Part shown: positions 12,480 to 25,900 of the stretch, in pieces
Layout of the letters: each line of letters begins with the position of its first letter
How positions within the stretch are numbered: the stretch's first letter is position 1
NCBI GenBank assembly: GCA_030141605.1
Contig: JAQGDQ010000017.1
Coordinates: forward strand, 1,295,188-1,359,187
DNA length: 64,000 bases
Direction: 5' to 3'
From: Tubiluchus corallicola
Taxonomy: Eukaryota; Animalia; Priapulida
The notes under the pieces: generated by a model
What the model was told of the DNA's origin: nothing
Database searches by the model: none
What the model saw: the letters and a program-made list of their open reading frames with translations, nothing else
Position numbers and translations under genes: made by a program

Positions 12480-13832
12480 AATGGTGTTCGTTCCCACATT
12501 GTTAATCTCTTGTGACTGAGTGTCGTGCCCACAACAGTGGTATGAATAGAGCATATTCTCACAATGCGATGACAATGGCATTGTTGCCTCATAAATAGAC
12601 CTCATCCCCATATAATAGTGACTCCCACATGACTGAAACTCATTCTCATAACAGCATTATTGCCAAATGGAGGTCATTTCCATAACATTATGATAACAGC
12701 ATTAGTGCCACATGACTGGATCTCAAGCCCACACAACAGTGGGTACTCTCACATAAAACGAGCTCATTCCCATAACATTATGATAACAGCATTAGTGCCA
12801 CATGACTGGATCTCAAGCCCACACAACAGTGGGTACTCTCACATAAAACGAGCTCATTCCCATAACACTATGATAACAGCATTAGTGCCACATGACTGGA
12901 CCTCATGCCCACACAACAATTGGTACTCTCACATAAAACGAGCTCATTCACATAACAATATGATAACAGCATTAGTGACATATGACTGGACCTCATGCCC
13001 ACACAACAGTTGGTACTCTCACATAAAACGAGCTCATTCACATAACAATATGATAACAGCATTAGTGACATATGACTGGACCTCATGCCCACACAACAAT
13101 TGGTACTCTCACATAAAACGAGCTCATTCACATAACAATATGATAACAGCATTAGTGCCATATGACTGGACCTCATGCCCACACAACAGTTGGTACTCTC
13201 ACATAAAACGAGCTCATTCACATAACAATATGATAACAGCATTAGTGACACATGACAGGACCTCATACCCAGACAACAGTTGGTACTCTCACATAAAACG
13301 AGCTCATTCACATAACAATATGATAACAGCATTAGTGACACATGACTGGACCTCATGCCCACACAACAGTTGGTACTCTCAAATAAATGGAGCTCATTCC
13401 CATAACACTATGATAACAGTGTTATTGCCAAATGGAGCTCATACCCATAACACTATGATAACAGCATTAGTGCCATATGACTGGACCTCATGCCCACACA
13501 ACAGTTGGTACTCTCACATAAAACGAGCTCATTCACATAACAATATGATAACAGCATTAGTGCCACATGACAGGACCTCAAGCCCACACAACAGTGGGTA
13601 CTCTCACATAAAACGAGCTCATTCCCATAACACTTTGATAACAGCATTATTGCTACATGGTTGGACCTCATCCCCACAACTGGAGTACTCCCACATGAAT
13701 ACAGCTCATTCCTACAATGTTGTTCCTAAATTAATGGAGATCATTTCCACATAAGTGTTATTCCACGTAAATGGAGCTTGTTTCCACAACACCATTACAC
13801 CCACGTAAATGGAGCTCTTTCTCGCAACAGTG
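12480..13832. repeat. 90-bp minisatellite (about 11 clean units, 12691-13640) with degenerate 38-45-bp flanking subunits, in the ACTR8 3' UTR/downstream region
   Basis: Unit tgataacagcattagtgccacatgactggacctcatgcccacacaacagttggtactctcacataaaacgagctcattcacataacaata. Confidence 0.95.
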
Positions 13833-13979
13833 TTATTCCCATGTGAATGGAGCACGTTCCCGCAACAGTCGGTATCCAAACGTCTTCCACTCTCGCTGTC
13901 GAATCCACAACTCCTGCGCAGTATCCAAAAGAGACATCACGGAAGCCCCTTTCCATGCGGTTGTTCTCGGATCCGATTT
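13833..13979 (-). CDS. ACTR8: ACTR8 terminal exon 12
   Basis: tttttgtag| KSDPRTTAWKGASVMSLLDTAQELWIRQREWKTFGYRLLRERAPFTWE*. Confidence 0.93.
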   Translation of the reverse strand, partial: KSDPRTTAWKGASVMSLLDTAQELWIRQREWKTFGYRLLRERAPFTWE

Positions 13980-16900
13980 CTACAAAAAAAGACCCACTTA
14001 TTACGACTTTAAACAGAATCATTTTTGTCAATTCAATCTCTCATTTTCATTGGTACCATGTTGTACTGAATTCAATGAATTAACATATTGTTACTGAGGC
14101 AGCTGTGTCGGGTCAGGTGTAGGGCTCTCTACACGCCCTGCTTCCACGTCAGCACCGACTCACCCCTTTCTTGTATGTCCAGACGTCTTGTTTGGGCCTA
14201 CACGTGGTGTGAGAAGCCAACTGACCTGCAATGCCAGTATAAAAGCGTGTAGAGGTCACGACAGTCTGGATTTCTGACACAGGTGCTCCTCGGGTGTAGT
14301 GCTGTTACTGCGTTAGTTAGTTACTTTTTTGTGCACGTGTATTTTGGTTCCTTATTTTTATTAGTGCTGTTAATAAACTCCGTACAGTGTAGTTTTTTTG
14401 TGTATTTTGTTTTATGCGAGTTATATGACATGCTATAACAGGTATAAGGTACTAGTTTACAGACATTAATTTAGCTAATTAACATAACATTTGTAATTAA
14501 CATTAACATTTGTAATTAAGTATCGGTTACACAACGATTATATAATGGAACTTCATGATGCGCAATATCAAGACCGCCATGCCATCTTGGAGTTCGACCC
14601 CCTGGGTCGAATTCAGTCCAATATTATTAATTTATTCAGTAATGTACACTTATGGTACATTTACTTTATGCTCCTTGATGCAAAATATATATTATCACAC
14701 AACTAGAATCAATACTTGTTTACAGTTTCAAGACCTCAAAATTGACAAATTGGAACCAATTACTACTGCTCTATTAAATTACGACAAATGCACCTACTGA
14801 TCTGATGTTCTTACATAGAGACATTAACATCATTCACATGAAGCTGGCAACACAATTTGATAATTTGATAAATATAATATAAGGCTACTAACATTTGATC
14901 AGATTTTGCAAGTAAACTTGACCCGAACAACCTACCAAAATTCACTTGCCAATTGTGCATTGAGATAAACTTGACTAAACAAAAATTACGCTGCATTGCA
15001 CATGCAAGCAACATTACCCTTGGTTCCGTAATGACTTCGACTGGCTCCGACTTCAAATGTGGGGGCGCTGTAATGCTGACTCTGTGACGCAGCCAGAACT
15101 CGGCACCGGTGAACATCATCCCACCTCCAACCATGAGTATCGTGTTCACCATCTTTCGTTTCACCTCAATGTCAGGATCTGAAACAAAATTTGTAGATTT
15201 GTTATAATTCTTGTAGATTAAAGTTATAGTTCTAGTAAATTAAATGTAGGGGATATGACAGCACACAAGTCTAGCATTTAGTCAAAAGTAAATTTTCTAA
15301 AAAAATGGTAAAACCAAGATAAAGTTAGAAACCAAAATTAAAAAATTACAAAAAGAATTACTAATTCGTAACTAATTTTTTTATTTTTCATTTAGTTTTT
15401 AGTTTAGCAGTTCAGTGTCTCTTAGCACACTAGTTTTTAATGTTTCTGAATTGGGTGAACAAAGGAAGGTATTTGGGTAGGACCTGAATTTTGTTGGTTC
15501 GGATTTATTAGTAAACAATTTCTAGCAAAAAAGATTAGGGTCGATGATAATAAATATACGTTGGTCAAGAAAGAAGGCATTAGATAAGCATAGGGAGAAG
15601 AAGAATGGTCCAACGCTAACACGCCGCCCGAGCTGCGTCAAGATAGGTGATTACCAGAGGTGACGATAATGCCCATTTCTCGACTGCCATCCTTCCTCCA
15701 GTACATATCCATGTAATTAATTAAGGCTGAGTAGGTCTAGGAAGGAGTCCCATAAAGTCCTATTTCAGTGGTAAATGGTTAAAAAAACCCAACGTGAGTG
15801 AGGTTTGAACACTGGACTTCTGGATCGGCAGCCAACAGGCATAATCACTCAGCCACCGTGTGCAAGAATAAGGTAAAATTGTACACTAGAATATGTTGCA
15901 CCTATAGCGTAAAGTGAATCGTTCCTTAGGCTTAGTTTTAACCAGGAGGCATTCATCAGAATCATCATGTCCAACTCACCACATCTCTCGATGCTTCGAA
16001 ATATCGCCTGATCTATCGGAAGCACCTGTACAGCTTCCTCAGCTATCCGGTCATTCTCAGTTGCCTGTTCCTCGCTCGCTTCCTTGCCTAAATTTGATGC
16101 TTCATCATCCCTTGCGATGTCGTCATCAAGCTGTGACTGGGCAATTTGCGCATCGTCTGCTTGCTGTTCCGTTTCTTGTTTACCTGGATCAGTGGTAGGA
16201 TCCTTGACCCGCCTCTAGATAGGAAAAGAAATGTGATTAGTCTTTCCTAAACATGGGAATAAAAACAGGCTGAATTCAAACCACTGACCCTTTGCTTACA
16301 AGGTGAATGCCTTCACAGAGGCCAAGTAGTCTAGTGGTCATGTGGTCATTACATTCGCCTTGTAAACAAAACTCCTTGTTTCAAATCCAGGCTGTTTCAT
16401 GACTCGGTCACACTTTTTTCTTTTGGAGAAGCTCGATTTCAATGCAATTTTGATTCTGATTACAACTTTTTATAAATGACATTGAAATCAAAATAGAAAC
16501 AAAATTAAAAGAAAAGGATCTGGTATTAAATAAAGATAAAACAGAAGACTATCAGATAAAAATGAATGCATGGAGAAAATGCAAATACTAGACAGTGCTC
16601 TAACAACAGATGAAGATATATCAAGAAGAAAAACCTTAGCACTAGCAACATATTCCAAAGTAACAAAATTTTTTGAAAGTAAGAGGATCAGTCTAGAAAT
16701 AAAATTAAGAATCTTTCCTGCACTTGTGTAAACTGTGTTTCTCTACAACTCCGAATTGTGGACAATCAAAGCACATCACAATCAGAAATCGGTGCATTCC
16801 AAAAAGATCTTATCAACACACCATTAGATATCAAAAATACAGAGACATAGGATGTTACAGGTGACAGAGCAACCTGGTCTAAAGTGATTGCAAGTGCCAT

Positions 16901-19900
16901 GTCAGAGGACGTTTGACTCCGGAGATGATGATGATGCTTTCAAAATTTAATGACTGCAGACTCATTTCGATAGAATGACTTACACGTAACTATTTTATCC
17001 AGTTCATGCTGTACATCAGTAAAAGCTAAGGGAGAAATTCAGTAGCACTAAAAGATGGAATAAATTATTATTGTTCAAAGCTTGTATGTTAAACAACACA
17101 TATACTTCACAGATCTTTATTAGCTAAAAATATTAAGTGAAACTTAGCAAATTTATGATAAAACAGTAGATGTGACAATTCAAGCAGATATGGACATATA
17201 ACTCCATTTTTATCACTGTCAAATCTTCCATAAAACACACCTTAATTTGATTTAAATAATCGCCATCAAAAATGTCTTCCGGATCCGTGTAATTTCTTTT
17301 CCACTTGAGCACATGTTCCGTGCCGGACATTCCAAATAGTTCTGGCGCAAAAAGAGCCAAAGGTGCCATCATGCATTCATCTCCGATACTAACGGAATAT
17401 TCCCAAATTTTCTGCCCTGGTTGCTTCACGTGTATCGTCTGAGTTTGCAATCGACAGTTTGCCTACAAATATATATTAAGACTTTTAACCTCTTGTTTCT
17501 CAGATACAATGCATACAGAATCCCAGCCGTTTTTTGCAATTTGTAAGTATGTACGAAACTATGTAGGAATATTCCGTATTTTACATATATAATAACATTT
17601 TTATTTGATTATGACTATGAGACCATGGACTCTGCTAAATGAAGTATATGAGAGTCACTAATCATCGTCATTTAAGGCTAGTATGCTAGCAGCTTACCAA
17701 GTTGTAGTTCTTAACCAGTCTTTTTTTATATTTCTGCTTAAATTGCAAAATTTTTATCTATTTTTTTACATATAGTAAGCATAAAATCGTTCATAGTAAT
17801 GTGAGAAAGCTAAAAAATGATTCGCTTCCTCTAACTGTAAACTAAAGTGATTTAGTGCACTTTCGCATGATGTTGACTTCCCTTGCTACTCTAGCAGTTG
17901 CACACTACATAACACTATGCATCATCAACAGGTGAATCACAGCAGCTGCTGTAGAATGCTACCTGTCTCTAGTTAGCAGCTAGAGATTCATCATGGTCTC
18001 AGACACTGTATATAAGTGAATGAGGGAGCACCTGATTTATTCGGCATGCATGGGAATACGGTGTACTGCCAACTGCCAGATATACCTGGTGTTATAGAGA
18101 GTAAAGTGGTTCATTATTCATTTTGAAGATCTTGAAACAAGCTACCTATTAACTTATTAACTAAGGGCACAGAAACAACCTTTTGTATAAAAATATATGG
18201 TCCCAGTTTCCATAAAATTGAACATGCTGAGATCCATAAAAAGTTTCATAAATTTTATAACAAAGTTTAATGTTCATCTGTTCCTAAATTTTATAAGAGT
18301 ATTGCCAAATTCCATAAGAATGTTTAAATACATGAGCATGTTTCTAAGCTCCACTGTAAAACATAATATCCTCATATAACAATATCTTATCATTGTACTA
18401 ACCGTTGAAACAAATGTGCAATTTAGTCGTGGGTTATTTTAACGGATTTTAATTGATTATAATCTATTTGGGCTGTTATCGATTATTTTTCTCTGCTGTC
18501 AATACAAATCCATTGTATTAACAGTACTATTTTCCTCATATTTTTCAGAAAATGCACAAAAATTGCACGTTAAATATAGCCATGATTGCAGTAAAATCGG
18601 ATAATATCTTTGCCTGGTAACTTAAAGCATAGACTTAGACATGAAAGTTATTCATAAGCACGAATATTGGTTTTCACGAGCACCTGTTTTCTCCTAAAAT
18701 TGCTGACTATAATAATAATTATAATTATAATCGATTATTGAATCAGTTTCACGTCCAATTACGAGATTACGAAAATGCAGCCAATGCTCCACCACTACTA
18801 TGCAAAATATCAAATCATACTCTATCGGATTAGCATTAAAGCTTAGTATTAAACAAGTAACTCTTAAAGTGGAAGAGCAGAACTTGCCAAATCCATATGA
18901 CAGAATTGCTCCTTGATGGTTTGCAGAAACATGGCATCCGTCCTACATTGAGGATTGCATTCTTTATATGGAAACTTGAAGTTCTTTAGCAACTGATAAA
19001 AAGCCAAAGACACATCGCTCCCTCCATAGTTAAAATGAAGCCTGTAACAAAAAAATAAATGGTACTTTACCAATAAGAAAAAGAAAAAAACGTATCTTTC
19101 ACAGAAAATGGAGCGCACAATTTTAATGTAAATGGTTATGGTAGGACCAGAACTGAGCTCATTACCAAACACAATCCTCTGAGATGAAACACCGAAAACT
19201 GACAGAAGCATTGTAGCCAATTTCGAATGCACATACAACTTCCTTTAATTAGGTGAAAAGCTGAAGTAGCAAAATAAATGAACGTGCCAAGCAATCTTCA
19301 CTTACTGGCCGGACTTGGCACAGCTTAACCTCTGTCGCTAAACACACGCCGTGACCATCAAGCTATATCTGTAACCCCACTTTAGCGATTAAATGAAAAA
19401 AGGCGCAAGTTTCTCATTTAGCATGTTTTAGTCATGCATTTATCCCACATTTTCATAAATCTATCCACGTTTAAAACATAAATAAGGATAGTCTCACCTG
19501 CTATTGGGCAAAATTAGTCCATCTTCTACACAACACACACTGGTTTTCTGATCTCCTACATCGACAACGCAACCTGAGCTTACACCAGCTCCAAAAACAG
19601 AACACACTGATTCCTACAACACAAATATTTTACTTGAATAAAGCACGGGTACATCAGTTTACCGTTACTATATTGAATACTAATATAGTATATATATAGC
19701 ATTTCAATATAGGTGTTTGTTTTAATTGGTAAATAACGACTGCATTAGGCAGCAAGTGCTGTGTGGACTAGCCTAATCATCAGCACGTGCCATATCACAA
19801 TTTTAACACCTTTGGATTATAAATTTGTCTGAGTCACAGTAAGCACTATACAGCACCAAGATCATGTCAAGCAATGCACTTTAACATGTACACAATTTTG

Positions 19901-22900
19901 AATTGAAGTTAAAAAGTGCCCTTTATTTTATATTATAAATTAAAAGAATTTCACACTAACCCCTGGCCTGTGTGCAATACATGATTGCCAACGCATTATT
20001 ATCCAGACAAAATTAATAATACACTAAATATTTCCTAATCACGTTTGGATCCTGACTAACCAATGGCAAAACAGCACTCAATTAGGATACATCTGACACC
20101 CATTCCAACAGATAAGCACAGTGTAAATACCACAACTAACTCATCATTCTGATTTTGGAAATCATTCAATTGCTCAAAGCTGTCGTTTAAAGGTTTTTAA
20201 ATTAACATAATACTGCTACATTATAAGTCACCTGCTGTACAAAGCAAGCAGCAAACCCAAGTCTAGTGAGCAGAAGATTGGTAAGTTCTCGAACGTGCCA
20301 CTTGTTATAAGAATCCGGAATGATCAGCACGGCTCTGTAATGCTAAAGCAAATATTAAACTCAGTAACTCATAAAATAAAATGTAAGAAAAGCAATAAAG
20401 CACAGTAGAAATTTACAGCCAGAAAGACAAAAGTATGTCAGTTAAGTTAAAACATTTTAAACAAAAGATTGTTTCAGTCGAGATTAATAGGCAAAAATAT
20501 ACAGCCAAACGTGAGTTGTTTTTTAGCATTGATAATGGCTAAAGTAACCGAAATGATTACTTGCGCTAAATAAATGTATTGATTTCTAGAAGCTAGTTCT
20601 TTAGTTTAAAAAACATTTAGATTCTAATGGAAATGTTAGGCACAGACAACTATTTCAGTTGCTTTAATTTAGTAAAATATACAGCCAAACATAAGTTGTT
20701 TTTTAGCATTGATAATGGTTAAAGTAACCGAAATGATTATTTGCACTATTAAACACGTTGATTTCTAGAAGATTTTTCTTTAGTTCGAAAAACGTTTTAT
20801 ATTCTAACAGAAAACTGAAGAAATGTTTTTACTAGAAAATACAGATGCAAACGTTAGTCTCTTAAGATTTAAAAATAGCCCTCTCTATTGGCCTCCCTCT
20901 CTGTTGGTTTATTTTAGTTCAAAATCAAAAGGACGCACAAGTAAACATATACACTATTTTCTGTGAAAGCTTCAACTGATTAAAAATAATTCAGTATGAA
21001 AATGGCTAACTTGTGCATTACTTTTGGACTTGTGCTGTGGAGTGGGAAAAATAGAGAGCTCTGAACACTACAGTATAGGGCAGCAAAAACAGCAGGTAGA
21101 CTAATGCTAAAATGAATTGCTATTAGTCCTGGAAGAGCACAGCTTCTTAACCAAACAAATGTAAAAATTAGGCTAAAAATTTCTTGATAAATAATCTAAA
21201 AAAATTAGGTTAAATTTACTAACATTAAGCTTGCTTACTTTTAAATCTTTGATTGGTATATTCAGATAGTTTGAAATTGCCACACTCCATATTGACTCTA
21301 GATCATTCAATACTGCTGTGAGAGATCCTCCTACGTTGCCATGGAGATTCAACTGCCCTCTTCTCATTGGCCAATGTATACTGTAACCAGAGTTTGGTTG
21401 AACCAGTAAAGCCTATTAAAAATGCAATCAAAATGGTACTGTACGGTACTGCCAATTGCTTTGACACACCATGTAACATATGAAAAAATCATTACACCTA
21501 TATGCAAAGAAAGCTTTACAAAATGTACACAATGGTTAATCAACTTCGCAGATTAAATACACTTTAAATTGTTAATACCTCGTCACCCACTAGAAGCAAA
21601 GGATGATGTGTAGACGTGTTTGTCCAACTCACATCCGAAAGTTCTTCCAAAACTCGTTTCTGCGCTCGAAGGTTAAAAGCGATCGTCTAAAGCAAAACAG
21701 GTTAAGAGTTAAAACACAACAAAACCCTCCACTTACATAAAGCTTAAAAAATCCGTCTTGAAATTTTATACCACTTACATACTGCCTTTTTTCATCAAGT
21801 GTTTAAGCCGGCCAAAACGCTGTATAAAACGTGAAAATTTAAATTCCCGCGATGGCCGTTAGGCGCAGACATTTTGATGGTAGGTCGTTTGAAACAAATT
21901 TCGATAGCATTGTGTGAAGTTTGAAAAAATAATCAGAGCATTCGTAGCAAACATGTTGCTAACAAAGTAAATTTTATATTACTATATCTTGTCAATACAA
22001 TTAAAAATAAATTTAATAACCAGTAATAATAAATCATTTCAAAATAAAAAATGCCATGATGTTTAGCTATTTGCTGTCACTCACAGTCTCACATAAGTGC
22101 AAGTCTCGATGTTAAAAGAGAAGTACATCTATTTAAAGGGAAGAAAATGGAATTTCAAAGTAAATCCCCAAAACATCCCTTACAAAGTTACATTACTTAG
22201 CATTACATTCACTTGTTTGAAAGACATATGTAATTGGAAAACAAAATTCTTAATAATACAAAATGTTTGCACCATTGATAAAACAGCACCATATTATCAT
22301 CCTAATGTGCACCACTGACTCGCCAAAAATGCATCATTAACCATTTTTTACTGTTTTTTTAAGTTATATCGCCAATACAATTATCCTAGCTAAAAACAGA
22401 TTTTGTGACATATCGTAACTTCTATGAATTTTTTTATTCTTCTAGTACAATATTCACAGATGTTCCTAAATATACAGGGTGTTCCAAAAGAAACAGTGCT
22501 CTAACAAAGGCTATGTCAATATTACATGAAACAAAGTCCAATAAGTATGGTCATACTAAATTACATGGTAGAAAATTGGTGTTATGATGTAAAAATATAT
22601 TATTTTTATGTAATTAAGATATCATAATGTAAAAGTCCAGGTTCATTTTGTTATATGTGATGTATACTGCACCATTTCTTCTGGAACACCCTTCTACTTT
22701 TTTAATGAGTCCTACTAATTCCACTTTTTCTGAAACATCAGTGAAAATTTCATAAAAATATTGCTTATGACAGTATCACATGGAAAGTTGTAATTTTAGA
22801 TGATCGGACGTACCTGTTCAGGTAGAGTCTGTCGCCATTGGCAACTGGTCGTTGATTTGCATGTCCACATCATGTCCTCTGCGGTGTCCACACCTTGTTG

Positions 22901-25900
22901 GTGAAGAGACAAATATGAATCCTAAAAAACACACAACCAAGCAAACAAAATAGAAAACAACTTTGATAAAAAAATTTTAGAGCTAGGTAACTACTTTTTT
23001 GTTGCAGACATCGTTTTTTTATTACTGCTTCCTTAGAAATTTTTATCTGCTTAAAAGGTAATGCAATAACACAAAACAATTCTCCTTCTTGCTGGATACT
23101 TCTTAAGTGTCAGAGCTCACATATCCACGTCTTAACCATCACACACGCAAAAAAAGTTGCTGCTTTTTTTGGGAGTAAGCTGCCAAGTGTTCAAAGTTTC
23201 TAAAGTTCCCTTTATAGAAAGATTCCACACTAGTTTCACACTAGAAATGTACAGTCACGGAAGTTCAACACTACTGTAGAGGCCACTTAATAGACTCACT
23301 TTCGGACTGAAGTGTTTTGACCCAATTAACCGACTGAACCTATTAACCGATAGGCATAGTATTACTGGTATAGAAGTATGAGCCACCAGCTTAATATGCA
23401 CTACAAAGGTTTTTAATGAATTTTAGAAACAAAGTAATGCCTAAATTCCTTTGTGCAGTTAAAAATTAGAAAAAATATTTTAAAATATTAATTACGTATA
23501 AGTGAATTAGCAATAAATTAAAAAGTATAGTTTTCTAAATCACACAAGTCTGTTTATTTGCAAAAATTACTGTACCTGCATCAGTGAATGTTGGCTGATT
23601 AAGTGTGAAAGCATGATTTGCAACGAGAGCTTCAAAAGGAAACAGCTAGACAAGTGATTAAGTATTTACCTTCCAGAAATTCTTGGGCAATGCAGTGGAT
23701 GAGCAGGCAATCGATTCAAAGCAAAATGGCTATGCTTGTATGCTAGCATATTAGCGCGTGGTAAACGTACCAGCTTACAGACAAAATGCTACTTGACATG
23801 ATTGTTTCTACATATATTATAATTCACAAAAGCAAAGTAAAGATGACATAAAAGTAGGAAAAGCTGTTTGGGCACACACAAATGTCTTATTTTAAGCATG
23901 TGAAGGGAAAATACTGAGTCAATTATGCAGAGTTATTTGAGTCAATTACTGACAGTTTTTATGTAAATTTGAATAGAAGTGGCCCGTGCCAGGCGTTTTT
24001 GAGTCAATTAAGTGATTAAATCTATTAGCGGCACCTACTGTATATACGGTGTGTTCACTTAATACAAAAATCGATGATGCATACATGGTGCTAATGCTTC
24101 AATGTCGAGCGGGTAAACCATAGATAATAATATTACAGCAAGCAGAAGACAGCATTATTGTTATAGCAATGTTGTAGATATGAGGAACACATTGTACTTT
24201 TTTACCCACTAGCCATTCGATGGTGCAGCGTGTCACCCATTCATGCATTCGATGGTACAGTTTGGTTTAAAAAAAACATTGTTTAGTTATTTCAACATTT
24301 AGAATCAACTCACTATTTGTCCAACTCCAGGAAGTATGAGATCTTCATGGCATTTAACATCTGAAGTTGGATTCCGCCGAGCAATCACATGTGGTATGGT
24401 GATTGGAAAGGTGTCAGATGCACGTCCAATTCGGAGATTTAAGGAACCAGGATGTATTACAACTATAGCCGTTCCCTGGATAGGTCCCTAAAAGGAAAAA
24501 AGCACTTTCCTAATACTGTTTTAAATTAAATAATCTGTACAGGCAGCACAGTCACTAATTAACGTTCACAATCATTATGCTGGAATAATGATACTCAAGA
24601 TCTATTGTTTTAGTTCCCCAATGTGACCGGACTCTGTCATCCATTTTCATCATATTCACACAGGACAACACTCAATCGATGAGATTCAAGTTGCCAGAGT
24701 TCATTTAACTAAAACTCCTCACACCACTCAAACTCAGCCGGCCTGGGGACACCACACGAACACATATCACGATACTAACCTCACGACACGATATGTATCA
24801 CGACACACAATATATATATATATCAAACTATCATCTTAAGAATCCTAAATGCTAAGATAATTCAGCAAAATGTTTGATTTCTGTTTATACTATAGCATTG
24901 TTTGCAATGGAAGCCCACAGAAATGCAGCTTTTGATTTAAAATATGCTGGTGCGTTTTATGGTACACATTTGCACGAAGCCATTTCAGTAACTTACAAGC
25001 AAAAACGTAATTTGCTACTACATATATGATTACAAAAGACATTGTGCTTTAAACCACTTCACTTTGGCTGGCTGCTAGCAGCAGGTGCCTGTGTCAAGGT
25101 CAAGTCTGCTCCTCTGCTAATACTGTGTTCACTGCACTGATTGTGACATTCTGGAGCTAAACTACAGTACTTTGTACAGCTGCGGCTTGAATCATATCTC
25201 ACAGTTTTAATCAAGCTTGTGCTAAATATCAATGATTCAGATTATTGCGATACTGGTTCACTGCGACGATACATGTACTGCCACAAAAGATATCATGACG
25301 CATAGATGCATTGTTACAGGCCTAGTTAGTAGGAAGTGCTTTAAACTGTAATTCCTCAACAGGTCTATGTGTTTTCACTAACGTTTGCAAAGCTTCAATT
25401 CAACAACGTATGGCTCTGTGAATGGCAATCCACAGGTTAAAAAATTCAGTAATGGTAAGTCTTTCCGACAGTATAGATCAAAACTACGACAGATGGCAGA
25501 CTTTTCCATACCAAATTGCAAAATTGCACCTCTAGTCGACGTGCAAATGGAATTTAACTTTGACAACCCATCAGTTTCCTCAGTCTTGACTCCACCATCA
25601 CTAGCTACAGCTACACCAAGCTAATCAACATTGACATCAAAAACACTTATATGTTATTATCAACGTCGATTTAATGCTTTTTATTAACATGGCTGCTTAT
25701 AACATGTGAATGTCTTTAGGTCTATACTTGAACTAACTTTTCAAGTCACCCGTTCTTGCTTCCACTCACTATGCCTGTGCACAGTCAAAGTGTGTCTGCA
25801 CGGCATATCTATAAATTACACCTCCATGTGGATCGGAGAAACAAATGAAGTTCGTTCAAAGATGCACAATTCGTGGTGTCAACCATGTTCAATTTCTATC

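Noticed and set aside
12868-13677. Minus-strand repeat ORFs (GMRSSHVSLMLLSYCY...)
   Set aside because: They lie downstream of the ACTR8 stop, are broken at the irregular unit, and are artefacts of the 90-bp period.
15914-16198. Plus-strand 94-aa ORF
   Set aside because: Antisense shadow of ACTR8 exon 10.
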